Positions 1-15,560 of a stretch of 64,000 nt of DNA are shown piece by piece. Positions within the stretch are counted from its first letter, which is position 1. Each line of letters begins with the position of its first letter. Position numbers and translations under genes: made by a program. Where the stretch lies: assembly GCF_964355755.1 (NCBI RefSeq), contig NC_092676.1, positions 9,339,888 through 9,403,887 on the forward strand. The letters are read 5' to 3'. Source of the DNA: Antedon mediterranea. Its lineage: Eukaryota > Animalia > Echinodermata. A model generated the notes under the pieces. The model was not told the DNA's origin and did no database searches. It saw only the letters and a list, made by a program, of their open reading frames with translations.

Positions 1-75
1 TGTAAGATAAAAAACTATTCCACACACATCAAAAACCATTGTAATTTACAATGAATCACTCTTGTATTGTAATAG

Positions 76-216
76 TCTTGGAATGTTTCATGACGGGGGA
101 AGATTCAACGATTGTCTCCCAAATAAAAACATAATGGCAGCAGGTACTGCAGCGCAGGGCTTTGAAGGAATCCAGTGGTCGACATGTGGTGCCAACTATC
201 TTAAAGAATATCTACA
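76..216 (+). CDS. ADAMTS A exon: end of metalloprotease domain
   Basis: aatag|...|gtaagt; [23 protein letters not shown]...[13 protein letters not shown]. Confidence 0.9.
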
Positions 217-3200
217 GTAAGTATTATTTGAATTATTTTAAATGACCGTGGTGTATCACATGCATTGGGTGGTGAAAATATATGCTTTATAAACTCTCAA
301 TATTTTGTCCTTAAATGTGATTACTTGTAAAATCATTGATATCCTAGTTTGGACAACTTGGCATTTATTTGGTAACTAACTAATATGGATATTAAAATGT
401 TGACCTTTGACCTTATGTCAACAGATGAAATTGACCTTATGTCAACTGATTGATTAACAGGATGAGAGAACATCCAATTTTTGTTAAATATTAGTTTTTA
501 TTTGGTAAATTGGTACGATCTATGATTGGTTAATATTGACATTTGACCCTTAATCACAAAGGATTTTTTTTTCATAAGGTGATTGAATAGTATAATCATA
601 ACTATGTAATAAAAGACCAAATTGTGCTTCAATAAATTTGTTATAATACATATTTAATTTAAACATCTTTTGAAACTAACTTCCGCGACAGAGTGGGCCG
701 TTTTGGCCCAAGAAAGAAGACATTTTAGACGGCTTGCAACATGGCCAGAGATCCCGGTCCTAACGGGACACAGATATTAATATTCACAGAATTGCGTGTC
801 TGGATGAAAAACAACTTTCTTAAATTAAATGATGAAAAAACAGAATTTGTTCTCTTTGGATCAAAACAGCAGTTGGAAAAACTGCCACCAAGCTTTATTC
901 ACATTGGTGAAACCCAAATTGACCCGGCTAGGCAGGTTAGAAATCTTGGAGTTGAAATGGATGTGGGTATGACTATGATTTCTCATATCTCAAAAACTAT
1001 TTCTGCGTCGTCTTTTCACTTGCGAAACATCCGAAGGATTCGCAAGTTTATAAATGAGACAGCAACTAAACAACTTGTTCATGCTTTTGTCACTTTACGA
1101 CTGGATATGGGAAACTCTTTGCTACATGGGATACCACAAAAACAACTCCACAGGCTCCAACTGATTCAAAATACAGCGGCACGAGTTGTTAAAAAATTAC
1201 CAAGATATGGACACATATCAAATACTTTGGAAATACTGCATTGGCTCCTTGTTAGGTACTGCATTGTTTTTAAAATATTACTCTAATACTCTTTGTTTTT
1301 AAGTCTATAAATGGCATGGCTCCTGAATATATTTCTGACATGCTTAGGCTGTATGTTCCCGGACGTAATCTGCGTTCTAGTGACTCGCTGCTTCTACATC
1401 AGCCTAAGTCTCACCACTCATGGGGAGACAGAGCATTCTCCGTTACTGCTCCTCGTCTGTGGAATGCTCTACCGAGCTCTATAAGATTTTGCAAAACTTT
1501 TGATACTTTTAAAAAATTATTAAAAACACATTTATTCATTAAGGCATATGGAAATCACGAGGTTTCTTAAAGTTGTTTAGACTTAGAATTGTTTTGTATA
1601 CCTTTTCTTGGCCAGCATTATCTTTGGGGTGCGTCTGTCTTGGTTGTTGTCTCTGAGCACCCGGTCGTCTGTGGCAAGGCAAATATGTATCCTGTTCCTT
1701 TGTTTGGTCACCTAGGTAGGGGTCCGGGACCGCGACTGAACGACAACGGATGGGGACCCTCCAAAGAAATTTCATTTTATTTGTCAGGAATTTGTATGAT
1801 TTATTTCTTTTTTTTAAATGCGCCTTGAGCACTCTGGAGTGGTATGTGCGCTATAAAAATCTTATTATTATCATTATTCCTGCCAGCTTACTCAATAAAA
1901 CTCGGCTATAAGGATTTCACTCGATTTTAAACAAAATGTCATTAGATCTCCCTATGTAGTTTTATAATACTATTCCCCACAATATATTTCGATGCTTTAT
2001 GGCGTATATTGATTTAATCTTTATTAATTTGCAGTATAATTTTTATTCATTAACTACTGTACCTTCACACGCGCGGTCCGATCCGAAAACAAACAAAAAA
2101 CTAATGGCTATCCACTAACGGCCAACATAGTTGAAAAACAGGTACTGTAGTTGCAAGGTGAACTCGTGAACTCATCGTGAACCCGGAAATGACTTTGACC
2201 GCGTACAATTGAAATTGAGTTGAAAATATACCGATGAAATCAGTCAATCCCGAAGTTTTTCCATTGTGCTCGCCTATGTCAGAATTTACCATAATTTATA
2301 TATAGATGATTCATTAGAAGATTTGAAAACTACACACATTTTTAACGACCATGTCCATGCATAAAAGCTTTTAAAATGTGTCTGAAAATCATAAATAATA
2401 CTAAACCACCTGATCGGTCCTGAGGTTGGTTGCTACCGGAAGGTTCAACTGTATATTATTGTAATTATGCTAAATAAATGAAATGCGAAAGTTGCCTGCT
2501 ACTAAGGTTACGATGCCAAACCGTTGATAGTGCGTGAACATTTCATTATATTTCAACAGATATTGGGGTGTTAACTGTTTAGACAAAGTGAGTCCTGGAT
2601 TTATTGATATCTCGTTGGATGGTCGCTTACCAGGTGAAATTGTCAGCCTCGATGAGCAATGCAAAATGGCCTATGGTGATAACAGTTCAGCATGCATTTT
2701 TGAACAGGTCAGATGAATGTCGCAATTAATATACTTTTTAGACTTTCTGTCTTTTAACAAAGCTTTTATTCATTTATTTTAGGATTATGTTTAACAATAA
2801 AAACTACAAATGTTACTTGGTTTTAAATCCCACTATCAAAATGTATAACACACCTGAGTGTATCCTTTGCATTTCAATTGTTACGTATCAGCACGTGCCG
2901 TCCAGTATTACTAATTAGTTCTACTGAAACGAAAAGTGATTTAATGGTGATATTGAACAGTTCTATTGAACGCTGAGTTCCTTATTTTTTTTACGTGTTT
3001 GTCGACCGATGTTCGAAAAATAATGAATGGTTTTTTTGGTTGTTTAATGGAAAGAATATTTCATAAGTTGAACATTTGTTCTATTTAAATATTTCTCAAA
3101 TTTTTGACACAAATTTATTATCCACAATCTGAACAATTATTTTGGCTGTGTATCACTCAATAGCATAAAAATTACACACAATTTTCAAACAATACCGATA

Positions 3201-6200
3201 TAAAGTATCACAGCTGCTGGAGTGAATGATTTTCTTAGTATCTAGGCCTATAAAACATTATACTATTTACTAATTATCTAAAGCTTTAAAACAAACGGTA
3301 TCAATACAATGTGACAGCTTTCTTGTACAATTCTATCTAAATTTAAGAAAAAACTAACTATATTCTATATGTATTACTAGCAAATGTGCAAAACACTTTG
3401 GTGTCGGCGGAGTCCTGATGACGGGTGTCAAACTAAAGTAAACGCGGAACTTGAAGGCTCAGAGTGTCTTCCAGGGAAGGTAGGTTTGAAAACTTGTTTT
3501 ACACCACACTATTAGTACTACTATTATTTAAACCTATTGGCTATACATGATATGTCCTTAAATTATGTATATGTATGTGTTTATTTTATCAGAAATGCAA
3601 ACAATTTGTCTTTAGAAAAGTCGCCATAACTGAAGATTACATTAATATTATATTATAATATAGAATGTCATACTATACGAAACTCTCTTATGTTTTCTTT
3701 CGGTATGTTTGCCAGTGCCACGTAAATACCTTTACTTCTTGAGTTTATCTCTATTTCATTTTCAAATTATATGAACATCAACATGTTTTCTTTATTAAGA
3801 GACTTCTTATACTGTATAATTTGCCATTTGTATGTTTGGAAGCAAATAAATGTGACATACTAAATACCATTACTATCCGCGATTGTGATATGTGTTATGT
3901 TGATGCGGTACCTTGTAATTATTGACCACATCCCTTTCTCTTCATTTGTTACTCCATCTAGTGGTGTCGAAAAGGGGTTTGTGTAGACGTTGGGTCCGAA
4001 GGCCCTGCACCCGTGGATGGTGGCTGGTCCGATTATGACGAGTGGACTAAATGCTCTCGATCGTGTGGGGGTGGTGTGCGGAGTAGGAGACGCCGATGCG
4101 ATAATCCACCGTAAGAACTTGTAAATTAATTCAAATTTCAAAATAATAGTTGGTAAGCGTATTATAAAATGACACCGAGAGAACAAAGAGGACTGACTGA
4201 ATGTTGTCTTTAAAAGTAAGTGTATTAGTTGAGGTACTAACTACCGAACTTGTTTTGTAGGCCAGCGTATAATGGTAGGATCTGTGAGGGAGATGCAGTT
4301 ATGTTAGACATTTGTAATCTTCAGGTAAATATCACGTATGATGAATTCTAGACCTGATTCAACATTGTATAATGGTAGAGAGGGTAATATTTTGGGATTG
4401 TACGCTCCAGACCACCACGCTAATAAATTTCATTTGATTGGAAGACTGTGGACCACATGGCGTGAAATAGCAAGCACAGAACACAGGGTGCGTTAGTGGA
4501 GAGTGCGCCGCATCTCCACTAACGCACGAATTAGACCTGTGCGTTATTTGTTTATAACATAGGTCTATAAACTATTTTCACTTACTTTTTTTAGTGAATA
4601 TATGCATATACATAGCCTATGAGCTAAGCAACACTTTGCTCGGCGACCGTGTAGCCTAGGCCTAGAAAAACAGTCGTGTACCAGAAATTACAAGATCACA
4701 AGTGGTGTGTTTGGTTTTTTTTAATGTGGCCGCTGTTCAAACGACTCAGTACTCGTAAATCATGCTGCGCCTAGCGCGATCGGTAATCTGTCATGATTAC
4801 ACGCAGTAGTGCTCTGTTGTTATGCTTTTTTGCTGCGCACTTTTTGAACTCCAGTGCATGATAGTGCAAAACAAAAGAGCGCACACGTGACTCATTTCAG
4901 CGAGTCTGATTGGCTACATCCTTGAACCCATGTTATAATACGTACTATTTAAAGATCTTGTAATATTACTTTTTTTGTGTACGAAAAAAATATCTTCTCC
5001 ATACGAAAACAAAATATCTGTGTGAAATCCAATAGCAGCACCGTCTGTTGTTCTGCGAACGGAAACAACAAAAAGATTAGAACAATGGCAATAACAAGAA
5101 TAATTTTACTTAGATGTTATTATATCAAATAAACGCTTTTCTGCAAGCCAGATACAATAGTAAAGACTTAAGTTGTAAACCCGAAATCTTGCGTTTTTTT
5201 AAAATAAAGTCGTTGATATTACAAAATAATGCGGGTTGTTTCCCTGTACCTAAATACGCAGACCACCACCTGGCCGGGTGCGATTTTTTTTTTCGTACAT
5301 AAGTTGGGGACCCCCTCATGAAACGTCACAAAATAAACATGAATAATTCATCAGTTAAATTTTCTTGTTCCGTGTGCACCCAAGCGTATAGCAACAAGAA
5401 GTGATTACACAAGTGCGGTACGATTCTAGGCCTCCTATCTCCGCTGTTGTTGCGGCATGCGATTTCATAGAAGAATAGCGGCGTTTTGTGTGGATTGTCG
5501 AAATAATTAGCCTTTAGTTTATGGTGTTTTTAATATAATTTATTACTAAAGAATTACGTGTTAAAATTATAGTTTCTATTAATACTATTAGGCCTAATTA
5601 TTAGTCTCTAAACCCATGTCTATTCTAGTAGTAGCTGTGTGGGTGTGTGTGACGTGTGTGTGTTAGGTATGACCAAAGATAGTTACACTATCTTTGGTAT
5701 GACACAATCCGAGTAATAAGTCAGCAAAATTAAAGCCCCATTCCCTACGTTTTTTAGATCTAATTTAAGATCACAAACTATATTTAATGTAAAAATAATA
5801 CTATATGGTCCTATTGCGATAACTTTTTTCGTCTTTAAACGGTTATAAATGTGAAAAATAAATCGATTTTAATAATTATAGCGGCCCGCTATAAATCCCA
5901 AAATGCATTGCGCGCGGATTGATATTGTTGTTTTTCACCTGTAATTCGCCCACTTTTCGATCGATCGTGAAGCCAAAACAAATGGAAGACTCTAACTTTT
6001 CAGCGAAAATACCGGGTTTTCCCCAATTTGTATCAACGGAGTCTGGCAAAAATAGAAAGACAATTAATGCAGCAACTATACAACGTCAGGCTAGGTATAT
6101 AGCTAGCGTACGATGTTCGTACGTTACCGATGTTTACCAGCTAGGCCTACAAAACTAAGCCTAGCTAGTCTAGGCCTGAGACCGTCCACGAGAGGTCGAT

Positions 6201-9200
6201 CGCCGCGAGCTACTTAGGTAGTGCATTGTTTCTCACTTTTTATCATAATTTACCATAAAACGTACATTTAAGACAAGGAATGACATGGTTTAATGTTTTT
6301 AAAGTGATATATATGTATTATTTTCCAAAAAACGTCCAAAATTGCAGGGAAGGGGTCTTTAAACAATAAACATGACACAAAAATACATTTTTTATTCTCG
6401 TGGGTCAAATCTTCCCATCTCATATGTTCATATACGCGCATTTTTAAAGTTCCTTTGAGTACATGCATATTGTTTGATAATAAAATAGCAGAATTAAAAA
6501 AAAACAGTACACAAATTATACACATTCTTTATTCTTGTGGGTCTAAGCTTTCTTTGGGCAATGTCCAATGAATTACTACTTAGTTTAATGTCTTTCCTAG
6601 CTGTCGATTAGCCTCGACTCGACACATTTTGTGTGAAGAAGAGTGCGCGAAGGCAATCACGTGAATTGACTTAGGCCTACTGTAGAAAGTGTAATCACTT
6701 CTTGTTGCTATACGCTTGGGTGCCCACGGAACAACAAATTTAACTGATGAATTATTCATGTTTATTTTGTGACGTTTCTTGAGGGGTCCCCAACTTATGT
6801 ACAAAAAAAAATCGCTGGCCGGGTTCATAATGTAACTTATATTTTCTATGTTTAGAATTGTGAAACCTCACAACTTGCATTTGTACAAGAGCAATGCGCC
6901 AATCAGAGTGATCATCCTTCTGGAGAAGGCTTTGAATGGCAACCGAATTATTATTTTTTTAACCGTAAGTAAAACAAAATTAATCATTATTTACTGAATC
7001 ATGGACAGATGAAACAGGAGGATTTTGAGAATTGTATTACATTTTTTCGGAATATAAATGATATAAATAAGGTTTTCGATCATGCCGTCAGTATACAGAT
7101 GCAATAATTGTTTTTTAATATGGCTATGCTGCGAATTTGTCATGAATCTCCCTACTTAATCAGATTTTATAATACTAGAGGGTTCGCTCGTTTCGCTCGC
7201 GCACCCTCTAGTGGGTTTATCCGAATGGTCATCGAAAACATGACCAACGCCTCTGGAATTCGAGACCCGGTTGACACCTATGCATATGACTGATGAGTAA
7301 TTGGTACTAATCATAACGTAAGATGCAAATAATATAATTGTAAAGAACAGTATACGTATAATCTATATATACATTTACGTAAGGGCAAAATTCGGTAAAT
7401 CGCGCGTTATTTCTAGAATGTTTACTCGATGGTATATAAAGTTGGTTAGAATCGCGGTACTGATTTTAACCACCTGATGTAACCCTGTGTACTAATTAAA
7501 TTTAGTTAGATAATTACTTATTGACAATTAAAACGAATTTAGGTTCAACGATTTGCCCCAAATAGGGGTGTTTTCGGATCGTGGTATACACTGTCTAATG
7601 GATGTCGTCATGAAAAATACCTGCACACAATAATACGAGGATACTTCGCATTTTCCTATCTCCTCCTAGGATAATTGTTTTTAATAGCTGATTGAACCGG
7701 TTGAACAGCTCGAGTACAGTATCATAATGTTGAAGACAGGTCGATTTTCTTTAAAAAATGCTATTTTGATAGATTTAATATACGTTTATACAAATGTATT
7801 GATTTGCGATGAATGGAACATTCCAATCTCTCAGACTCCCAGTTTGTAGGTAAATGTATGAGCCCTTGGTTTAACACAAGTAGGTAAATTTATGGGCCCT
7901 TTGAGAATAAACTTATAATATAGTGTTGCAATACTTTGACAATATTGTAAATACTGTACGTATTAACCATTTTTGGTCGCCATTTGAATCGAAATTGTTA
8001 CTGTTAGATATATAAACAAAATATACAAAGAACATTTATTACTGTAACTGTGGGTAGATTACTGACAGCTGCTTCTCAACGTTTGTATTAATTAATAATT
8101 ATAAAAAATATAAACGTAGTAGTGGTGTATCGTTACATGTACTTTACTATTTCATTCGACTATAACAGGAACAGTTTTAAAAGAGTATTATGAATCGTAA
8201 ATGTTTTACTGTGTTTAGTGGTATATTGATAGGCCTATAAAACATTTAAAACAATATTTCGTTACTGAGTGGCTAGAGAATATATTTTAAAATTGTTCTT
8301 CCCATCTTCTTCTCCATCCCTCAACTCTACTGCTATATACAAAACACAAATTGGGTTTGTTTAAATGAGTTCAAATAAAAAAATTGGACTCATTTTTAAG
8401 ACAAGGCCTAATTCCTAGGGTGCTAATTTAACATAAATCATCGTGTCTAATTATTCGTTTCTGTAAACGACAATGTACTATAGTCCTGCGGTACGTACAT
8501 TTTTTATATAGAAATGAATGTGTATTCGAGAACCATCTGTGGACACGACCTAGATGGTACGCGAGCGAAGCGAGCGTACCATCTAGTCTATATATAAATG
8601 TACGTAAGGGCAAAATTCGGTAAATCGCGCGTTACTTCTAGAATGTTTACTCAATGGTATATAAAGTTGGTTCGTACTTTCGGTACTGATTTTAACCACC
8701 TGATGTAACCCTGTTTACTAATTAAATTGAGTCAGATAATTAGTTATTGACAATTAAAACGAATTTAGGTTCAACGATTTGCCCCAAATAGGGGTGTTTT
8801 CCGATCGTGGTATACACTGTCTAATGCATGTCCATCGTGAAAAATACCCGCATACAATAATACGAGAATGCTTCTCATTTTCCTATCTCCTCCTACGATA
8901 ATTGTTTTTAATGGCTGAAAACCGGTTGAACAGCTCGAGTACTGCATCATAACGTTTTTATTAATTAATAATTACAAAAATATAAACGTATTAGTGGTCT
9001 TTAAATGTACTTTACTATTTCAATCGACCATGAGACAGTGACAGTTTTAATAAAGTATTAAATCGGAAATGTTTTACTCTATTTAGTGGTATATTATTTA
9101 TAGGCCTATAAAAAAATATTTCGTTACTGAGTGGATAATAAAGAAATATAAAGAATAATTTAATATAAAGAATATATTAAAACAATTTTCCTCTTTGTAC

Positions 9201-12200
9201 CTATCCTCATCCCCACCGCTCAACTCTAATGTTAGATACAAAACCCTAAACTCTAATAGATACAAAATTGGGTTTGTTTAAATGAGTTCAAATAACAAAT
9301 TTGAACTCATTTTGTGACAAGTTTCTAGGTGCTAATTGTGGTTTACTACATAAATCATTGTGACGTGTCTATTTGTTTCTGTAAACGACAATGTTTTATA
9401 GTCCTGCCGTACGTACATTTGAAATCGCCAGTTTTTTTACGCTGAAATTACTATGTATTCGAGAACCATCTGTGGGCACGAACTAGATGGTACGCGAGCG
9501 AAGCGAGCGTACCATCTAGTATACATAATTATTATATTATTATATATATTATCTGAACGTTACACACAGGAGGAAACCGTTAATAGGAGTCATAACTCAC
9601 TGAAACAGTCTCTAACGTGACCGTACCAAGAGACCAAAAACATAGTTTATGAAAGTGGGTGACAGTGAGCGGGGCTTTAACATTTGTATCACAATATATC
9701 ATGACAACAGCATCTTGTTAAAGCCCCATTCCCTACGTTTTTTAGATCTAATTTAAGATCACAAACTATATTTAATGTAAAAATAATACTATATGGTCCT
9801 ATTGCGATAACTTTTTTCGTCTTTAAACTGTTAAAAATGTGAAAAATAAATCGATTCTAATAATTATAGCGGCCCGCTATAAATCCCAAAATGCATTGCG
9901 CGCGGATTGATATTTTTGTTTTTCACCTGTAATTCGCCCACTTTTCGATCGATCGTGAAGCCAAAACAAATGGAAGACTCCTAACTTTTCAGCGAAAATA
10001 CCGGGTTTTCCCCAATTTGTATCAACGGAGTCTGGCAAAAATAGAAAGACAATTAATGCAGCAACTATACAACGTCAGGCTAGGTATATAGCTAGCGTAC
10101 GATGTTCGTACGTTATCGATGTTTACCAGCTAGGCCTACAAAACTAAGCCTAGCTAGGCTAGGCCTAAGACCGTCCACGAGAGGTCGATCGCCGCGAGCT
10201 ACTTAGGTAGTGCATTGTTTCTCACTTTTTATCATAATTTACCATAAAACGTACATTTAAGACAAGGAATGACATGGTTTAATGTTTTTAAAGTGATATA
10301 TATGTATTATTTTCCAAAAAACGTCCAAAATTGCAGGGAAGGGGTCTTTAAATTTTGGAACAAAATGATCAAATAACAACTTTCGTAGCCGACTTATATA
10401 TCGGTCGTAGTAGACACCATTTATAATTATAAATAGAGCAAGCAACAGAAATAATACAAATTTAAACAGTAAATGTGTTTCCCTGGTAGGCCTACCAGGC
10501 CTCCTATAGTAACATTGAATCGCACTTAAATTTGATTAAATGATTAATAAATAGCATAAATAATTAGTTCAATTAGCCTCCTATAGTAACATTGAATCGC
10601 ACCTAAATTTGATAAAATGATTAACAAATAGCATAAATAATTAATAAATACATAATAGTTAAACTACTAAAACAAATTGTATTTCACGTAAAGTAAAGGC
10701 TTTATAATTTATAGTTGAATATCCAAAACATATAAATTGTAGTTCACTATTCAGTTGAATCACTAAAATCACATTGTAGTTTACGTAAAAGTAATAAAGG
10801 CCTTCAATAATAGTGAAATTACTAAAACAAATTGTAGTTCACGATCACTAAAATCACATTGTAGTTCACGTAAAAGTAAAGGCTTTCAATAATAGTTAAA
10901 TTACTAAAACAAATTGTAGTTCACGTAAAGTAAATGCCTTTAATCAATATAACTGATAAGTTGAATATCTAAAACAAATTAATTGCAGTAGGCCTAGTTC
11001 ACGATACGTTGAACCACTAAAATATTTGTATTTAATATTGAATGGCGCACCAACGGCTATTTTGCCGGAAGTGACGGACCCGGAAGCCAGTTGAACAACA
11101 GCGCGAGTGTATGAAAATAACCCTATATTGTGATATCCACAAATTTCGATAGGTAACGCTAAATTTTGTCGTTGTAAAAGACACAAATGGAACAATAGCG
11201 TAGTACTGAAAACTAATGTTATCAAATATACGTTTCGCGGTACATCTAAGATAGATAAGGTAGGTATTCAATGTGGAGAATTTATACAGAAGTTTTTCCA
11301 TTGTTTTATTTTATTTTATTTTATTTCATACTCATCCAACAGCGAGTAACCCGCCAATTACAGGATGGATAAACTATTTAATAATTTCACAAGACAAACA
11401 TATACACAAGATGCTCTACATAAACAAAGACTTATTATTGAGTCTTTGGGAGTGGAGTTGTAAATTGTCATGAGAAAAAACCCTGACATATGACTTGAAC
11501 TTGAACCCAGGACCCTTAGATTGGTAGCCAAGCATCATAACCACCAAGCCACAGCTCCACTCATGTGGTCGCCTATGTCAGAATTAACCATCATTTATAT
11601 ATAGATTGTAGTGGCTGTTGATTGGCGTGGCGCTGTTACAATCAATTATACGTAAATAGAATGCATAAACGGGCATAAACCGAATAAGATTTGTAAACGT
11701 CGTTCACTGCGAATATAATATACGATGGAGTTTAGCAATGTGTCGTTCTAATGTAACAATAACAATAAAGCACGAAATTTCTTGGAAGTTGTTGATGGTA
11801 TGTACAAACAAACACAAGTGATATACTTGACAAGTAACACACTGTAATTATGTAATGCTAATACTATATTTTATATTGTTATACAGTTAACACCTTCTGT
11901 AAACTTAACTGTGCTCGAAAAGAAGGAAATACACATCACCTACTTGAATTTGGAGAGTTCATCGATGGTTCCCGATGCGATTCTAACGACACTTACAATG
12001 CGTATAAGATGTGCTTTTCAGGTCGTTGTGAAGTAAGTAGGACAATCCTTTGAATTAAAACACAGAACTAACCAACTAAATGCTTTACTACGACAAATCT
12101 TTAAAACAAATAAACAAAAACCTATAGATTGTTATCGGAATGCTAATATGGTGGAGCCTTTCGGTTTGCGACGATCAAAGATCTAAAGCCTGTTTTCCTG

Positions 12201-15200
12201 TCGACGTTAAGTTACGTTTAAAGCCTGTTTTCCTGAGAGTTGAAACTCCTGTCTTCTTTCTCAACGTTGTGGTAACGCGCAAAAATGAATAGAGGACTCT
12301 CCTGCCTCTACTTGTAGGCTGACAGTGTAGGAGACGTGGGCCTAGTCATACTAATATCTCTATACTGATGGTTCTTCGTTCTCAGTAGGCCTATCCTATA
12401 GTCCAAATAACATTTTGGACTAGGCTGAAAACTTAGACCTACCTAATATCCCCACGCCTACTTTCCGGAATCTCATTTTATAGTCACTTTGGTAAGGCTT
12501 TGACCGCGACGCGATGCAACAAAAATAAATGTAGTCAGCAGAATTTGCCATCAATTATGTGACGTCATGTGCTGTATCGCCATGATGATTGGTCAGTTCT
12601 TGCGTTTTAGCGTTGCGATATCGCTAGAGTTGAACTGGATTCAACTCTTGCGATTGTTAACGATCGCGGCATGTAGCGTCGATTACCGTCGATTATTACA
12701 CCTTTTCCTGTAGCCGACATTTTGTATTGTCGTCGTTAGTTAAAAAGGTACCTTTTTTGATCAAAGCTTTTAGTATGTATATATGTAAATATGCACATTA
12801 TTATTGCATGTGAAATTTAAAATGATAAAATTGTGAGAAAAAAAATATTTCTAAATTTATAAATAGATTATTAAAAATAAATTTGTTAAATGATAATGTA
12901 TGTATAAACTATGTATAAACAAAAGAATATATGGAAATATATTAAAAGAAAAAAAGTATTAAAAAAGTGGAATGAACCCACATAAGAAAACAAAAAGAAG
13001 AAAAGGTAGACGGAAATTTGATGGGTTATAAAGGGTAATCTGTGGAAAAAATGTTGTTAATATTATTAAACAAAAAAAATCAATGTTAAAGGATGAGAAA
13101 AATATTATGTTTACAGTAAACAGTAGTAAGGTATAAGAAAGAAAATGTATTGTTAAATGAAAATATGTTTGCATAGATACATCCAAAGAAAGATAAAATG
13201 GGACAAACCCATAGGATATATTAAATTAGATGGATTTATTAAACATAACATATATTATAATTGTAAGAAAGCTTTGTTAATGAAAATGTATTATAGATAA
13301 TATGTATAAAAAGAGGAAACTATGAAGAGAAAAGATAAAAACAAAAATCAATGTGATAATGTGTAAACAAATGAAATATAATTATGTATAGTATATTGAA
13401 ATGAAAAATATATGTAAAGAAAACATATGTATGGAAATAAATGTGGGATGAACACACATAATTCCTGTAAATCGTTAACATGTAGGTCCAGCAGGCGACG
13501 ACCGACGACACATCGATTTACCTGACATAGGTTGGTCATCATTTGTCCCAAATCGAAAGCTCCCTTTCAGTGAAGGTGTTTGAATAGCGATATAAACGTC
13601 TCGACAATAATGTATGACTGTTAATGATGACAAAGATTTAGTTCTAATTGTTCAGATAGGCTTACTCATTTTTACAGAATGTTGGATGTGATGGGAAATT
13701 AAACTCTGAAGCAGTATTTGATAGATGTGGAAATTGCAACGGTGATGGCAGCAAATGCACAGCTACGGAAGCATCTGAGACTGTTGGTGGTGAATCTTAC
13801 AGTAGGAATATTTTTTAAATATTATTAAACAAAAAATACATTCATATTATACACATTAAATCAAAACTATGTTTAAGGGTCGTTCACACCTGTTGCGGCA
13901 CGGTTCCGGTCCGGCGTCACCAAATATAATCGAACGCCAATCAATATGTGCCATGCAGACAGCATGGCATGTGAATGAACGGTTAGTCGTAGCAGCTCCG
14001 CTAAATATCCTCTAAAATGTTACTAATATTTAACTATCATCAAGTCTAAGTATATTTGAACTGTGAGTATTTCATTTGTAGTATACCACATCTTAATTAC
14101 ACGGTGAAATTTTAAGTCAGAATGCCAAAAAAAGAAGGAAATAGTCCTAGCCCCAACATCACCTGAGCCACCAATACTGGAAGCCGCTGTCCCCAAAACC
14201 GACACAGAGCTATTGAGGCGTGAACGTGTAGGACTAACAGATCTGCGCGGTATTCGTGACCAGCTGGATTCGGTCTTGCGTAACCAACAAACCATGCTTA
14301 CGAGGATGGACACCCTTGAAACCAAGCAGTCTGAGTTTGAAAAATCAATTGAATTCGCATGTGCTTCAATATCGGATTTAAAAAATAAAACTGCTACTTT
14401 AGATGCGAACATTAAAGATGTTTCGGCTGATGTTGGAAATTAAAAATAGAAGTTGTCAACGATGCATAGACAACTGAATAAGCTCGAACGGCACTCAAGA
14501 TCTTACAACTTGCGATTCGGCGGTCTTCCAGAACATGATCATGAAAATGCTATAGTGAAAATTCCAGATTTGATTGAAAAAGAACTAAATATACCAGACA
14601 TCAAAATTTAAAACGCTAATCGTATAGGAAGGCCCCGTACACCGAATGAAACATCAAGGCATATTATCGTACGGGTTGTATACCGTTCTCAACGTAATCA
14701 AGTCTTTACAAAAGCGAGGTCACTATTTAAAAATACCAGTAAATTTGTCATTGATGATCTCAGTGAATCAGACTTAAAGAAAACAAGGCCAACAGCCATT
14801 AAGTCGCGTGCTACAATGCATAGTGATACCGGACCGACAGACAAACAGACCGACAGACAGACGGACCGACCGACATAGTGAACTATACTGACCGAAATTA
14901 CTGAACATGTTTAAAAATGTTGAAATGTTTAAAAACATTTATATTTTTTTAATTTACACGTGCGTAGCCTGTCACTTTTGACGTGCTCGTATAACGTAAT
15001 TTCGAGTTGAAAAGTAAGTCAAGAAAACAGAAATCGGGCAAAAAGAGTGCGCAATAACATTTAACGCGCAGTGCGCGCGCAAAAATCTGCGCACTCATGG
15101 CAATTTTGTAAACGCTTAAAATTGCCTGAAACGTACTCTTATTTCATTGAAAATAAATTTTGAAAATTTTAAGCGCGCGTACGCATGCGTTACATGCGCT

Positions 15201-15521
15201 ACCCACGTAATTGTATTGCCATAAGATGATTTATGCCCTGAAATTTATGAGTACCAAATTTTATTTAATTGTGATTCATGGTTGTTAAGATATGATTACA
15301 AACGTGATTTCGTTAAATCGTGCGTAGATCACGTAATTTTTTATTGCGCGCACCGTGAAAACATAACCACATCGATTCCTGGCCATAAGGAATATTCTGT
15401 GAAAAATTGACTTAGCTAGATTAAACTGATATCAAGATAAGGTCATAAAGCGATAAAACGCATAGTGATACCGGACCGACAGACAGACAGACAGACCGAC
15501 AGACAGACCGACAGACAGACC

Positions 15522-15560
<39 letters not shown>

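Noticed and set aside
1715-1775. Possible hammerhead in the L2 3' UTR (ctgaacga...gaaa)
   Set aside because: Core spacing does not fit CUGANGA and the stems cannot be arranged; only a ggtcc/ggacc hairpin is evident.
12780-13460. Phe/Ile-rich minus-strand ORFs
   Set aside because: Low-complexity A-rich intronic sequence.
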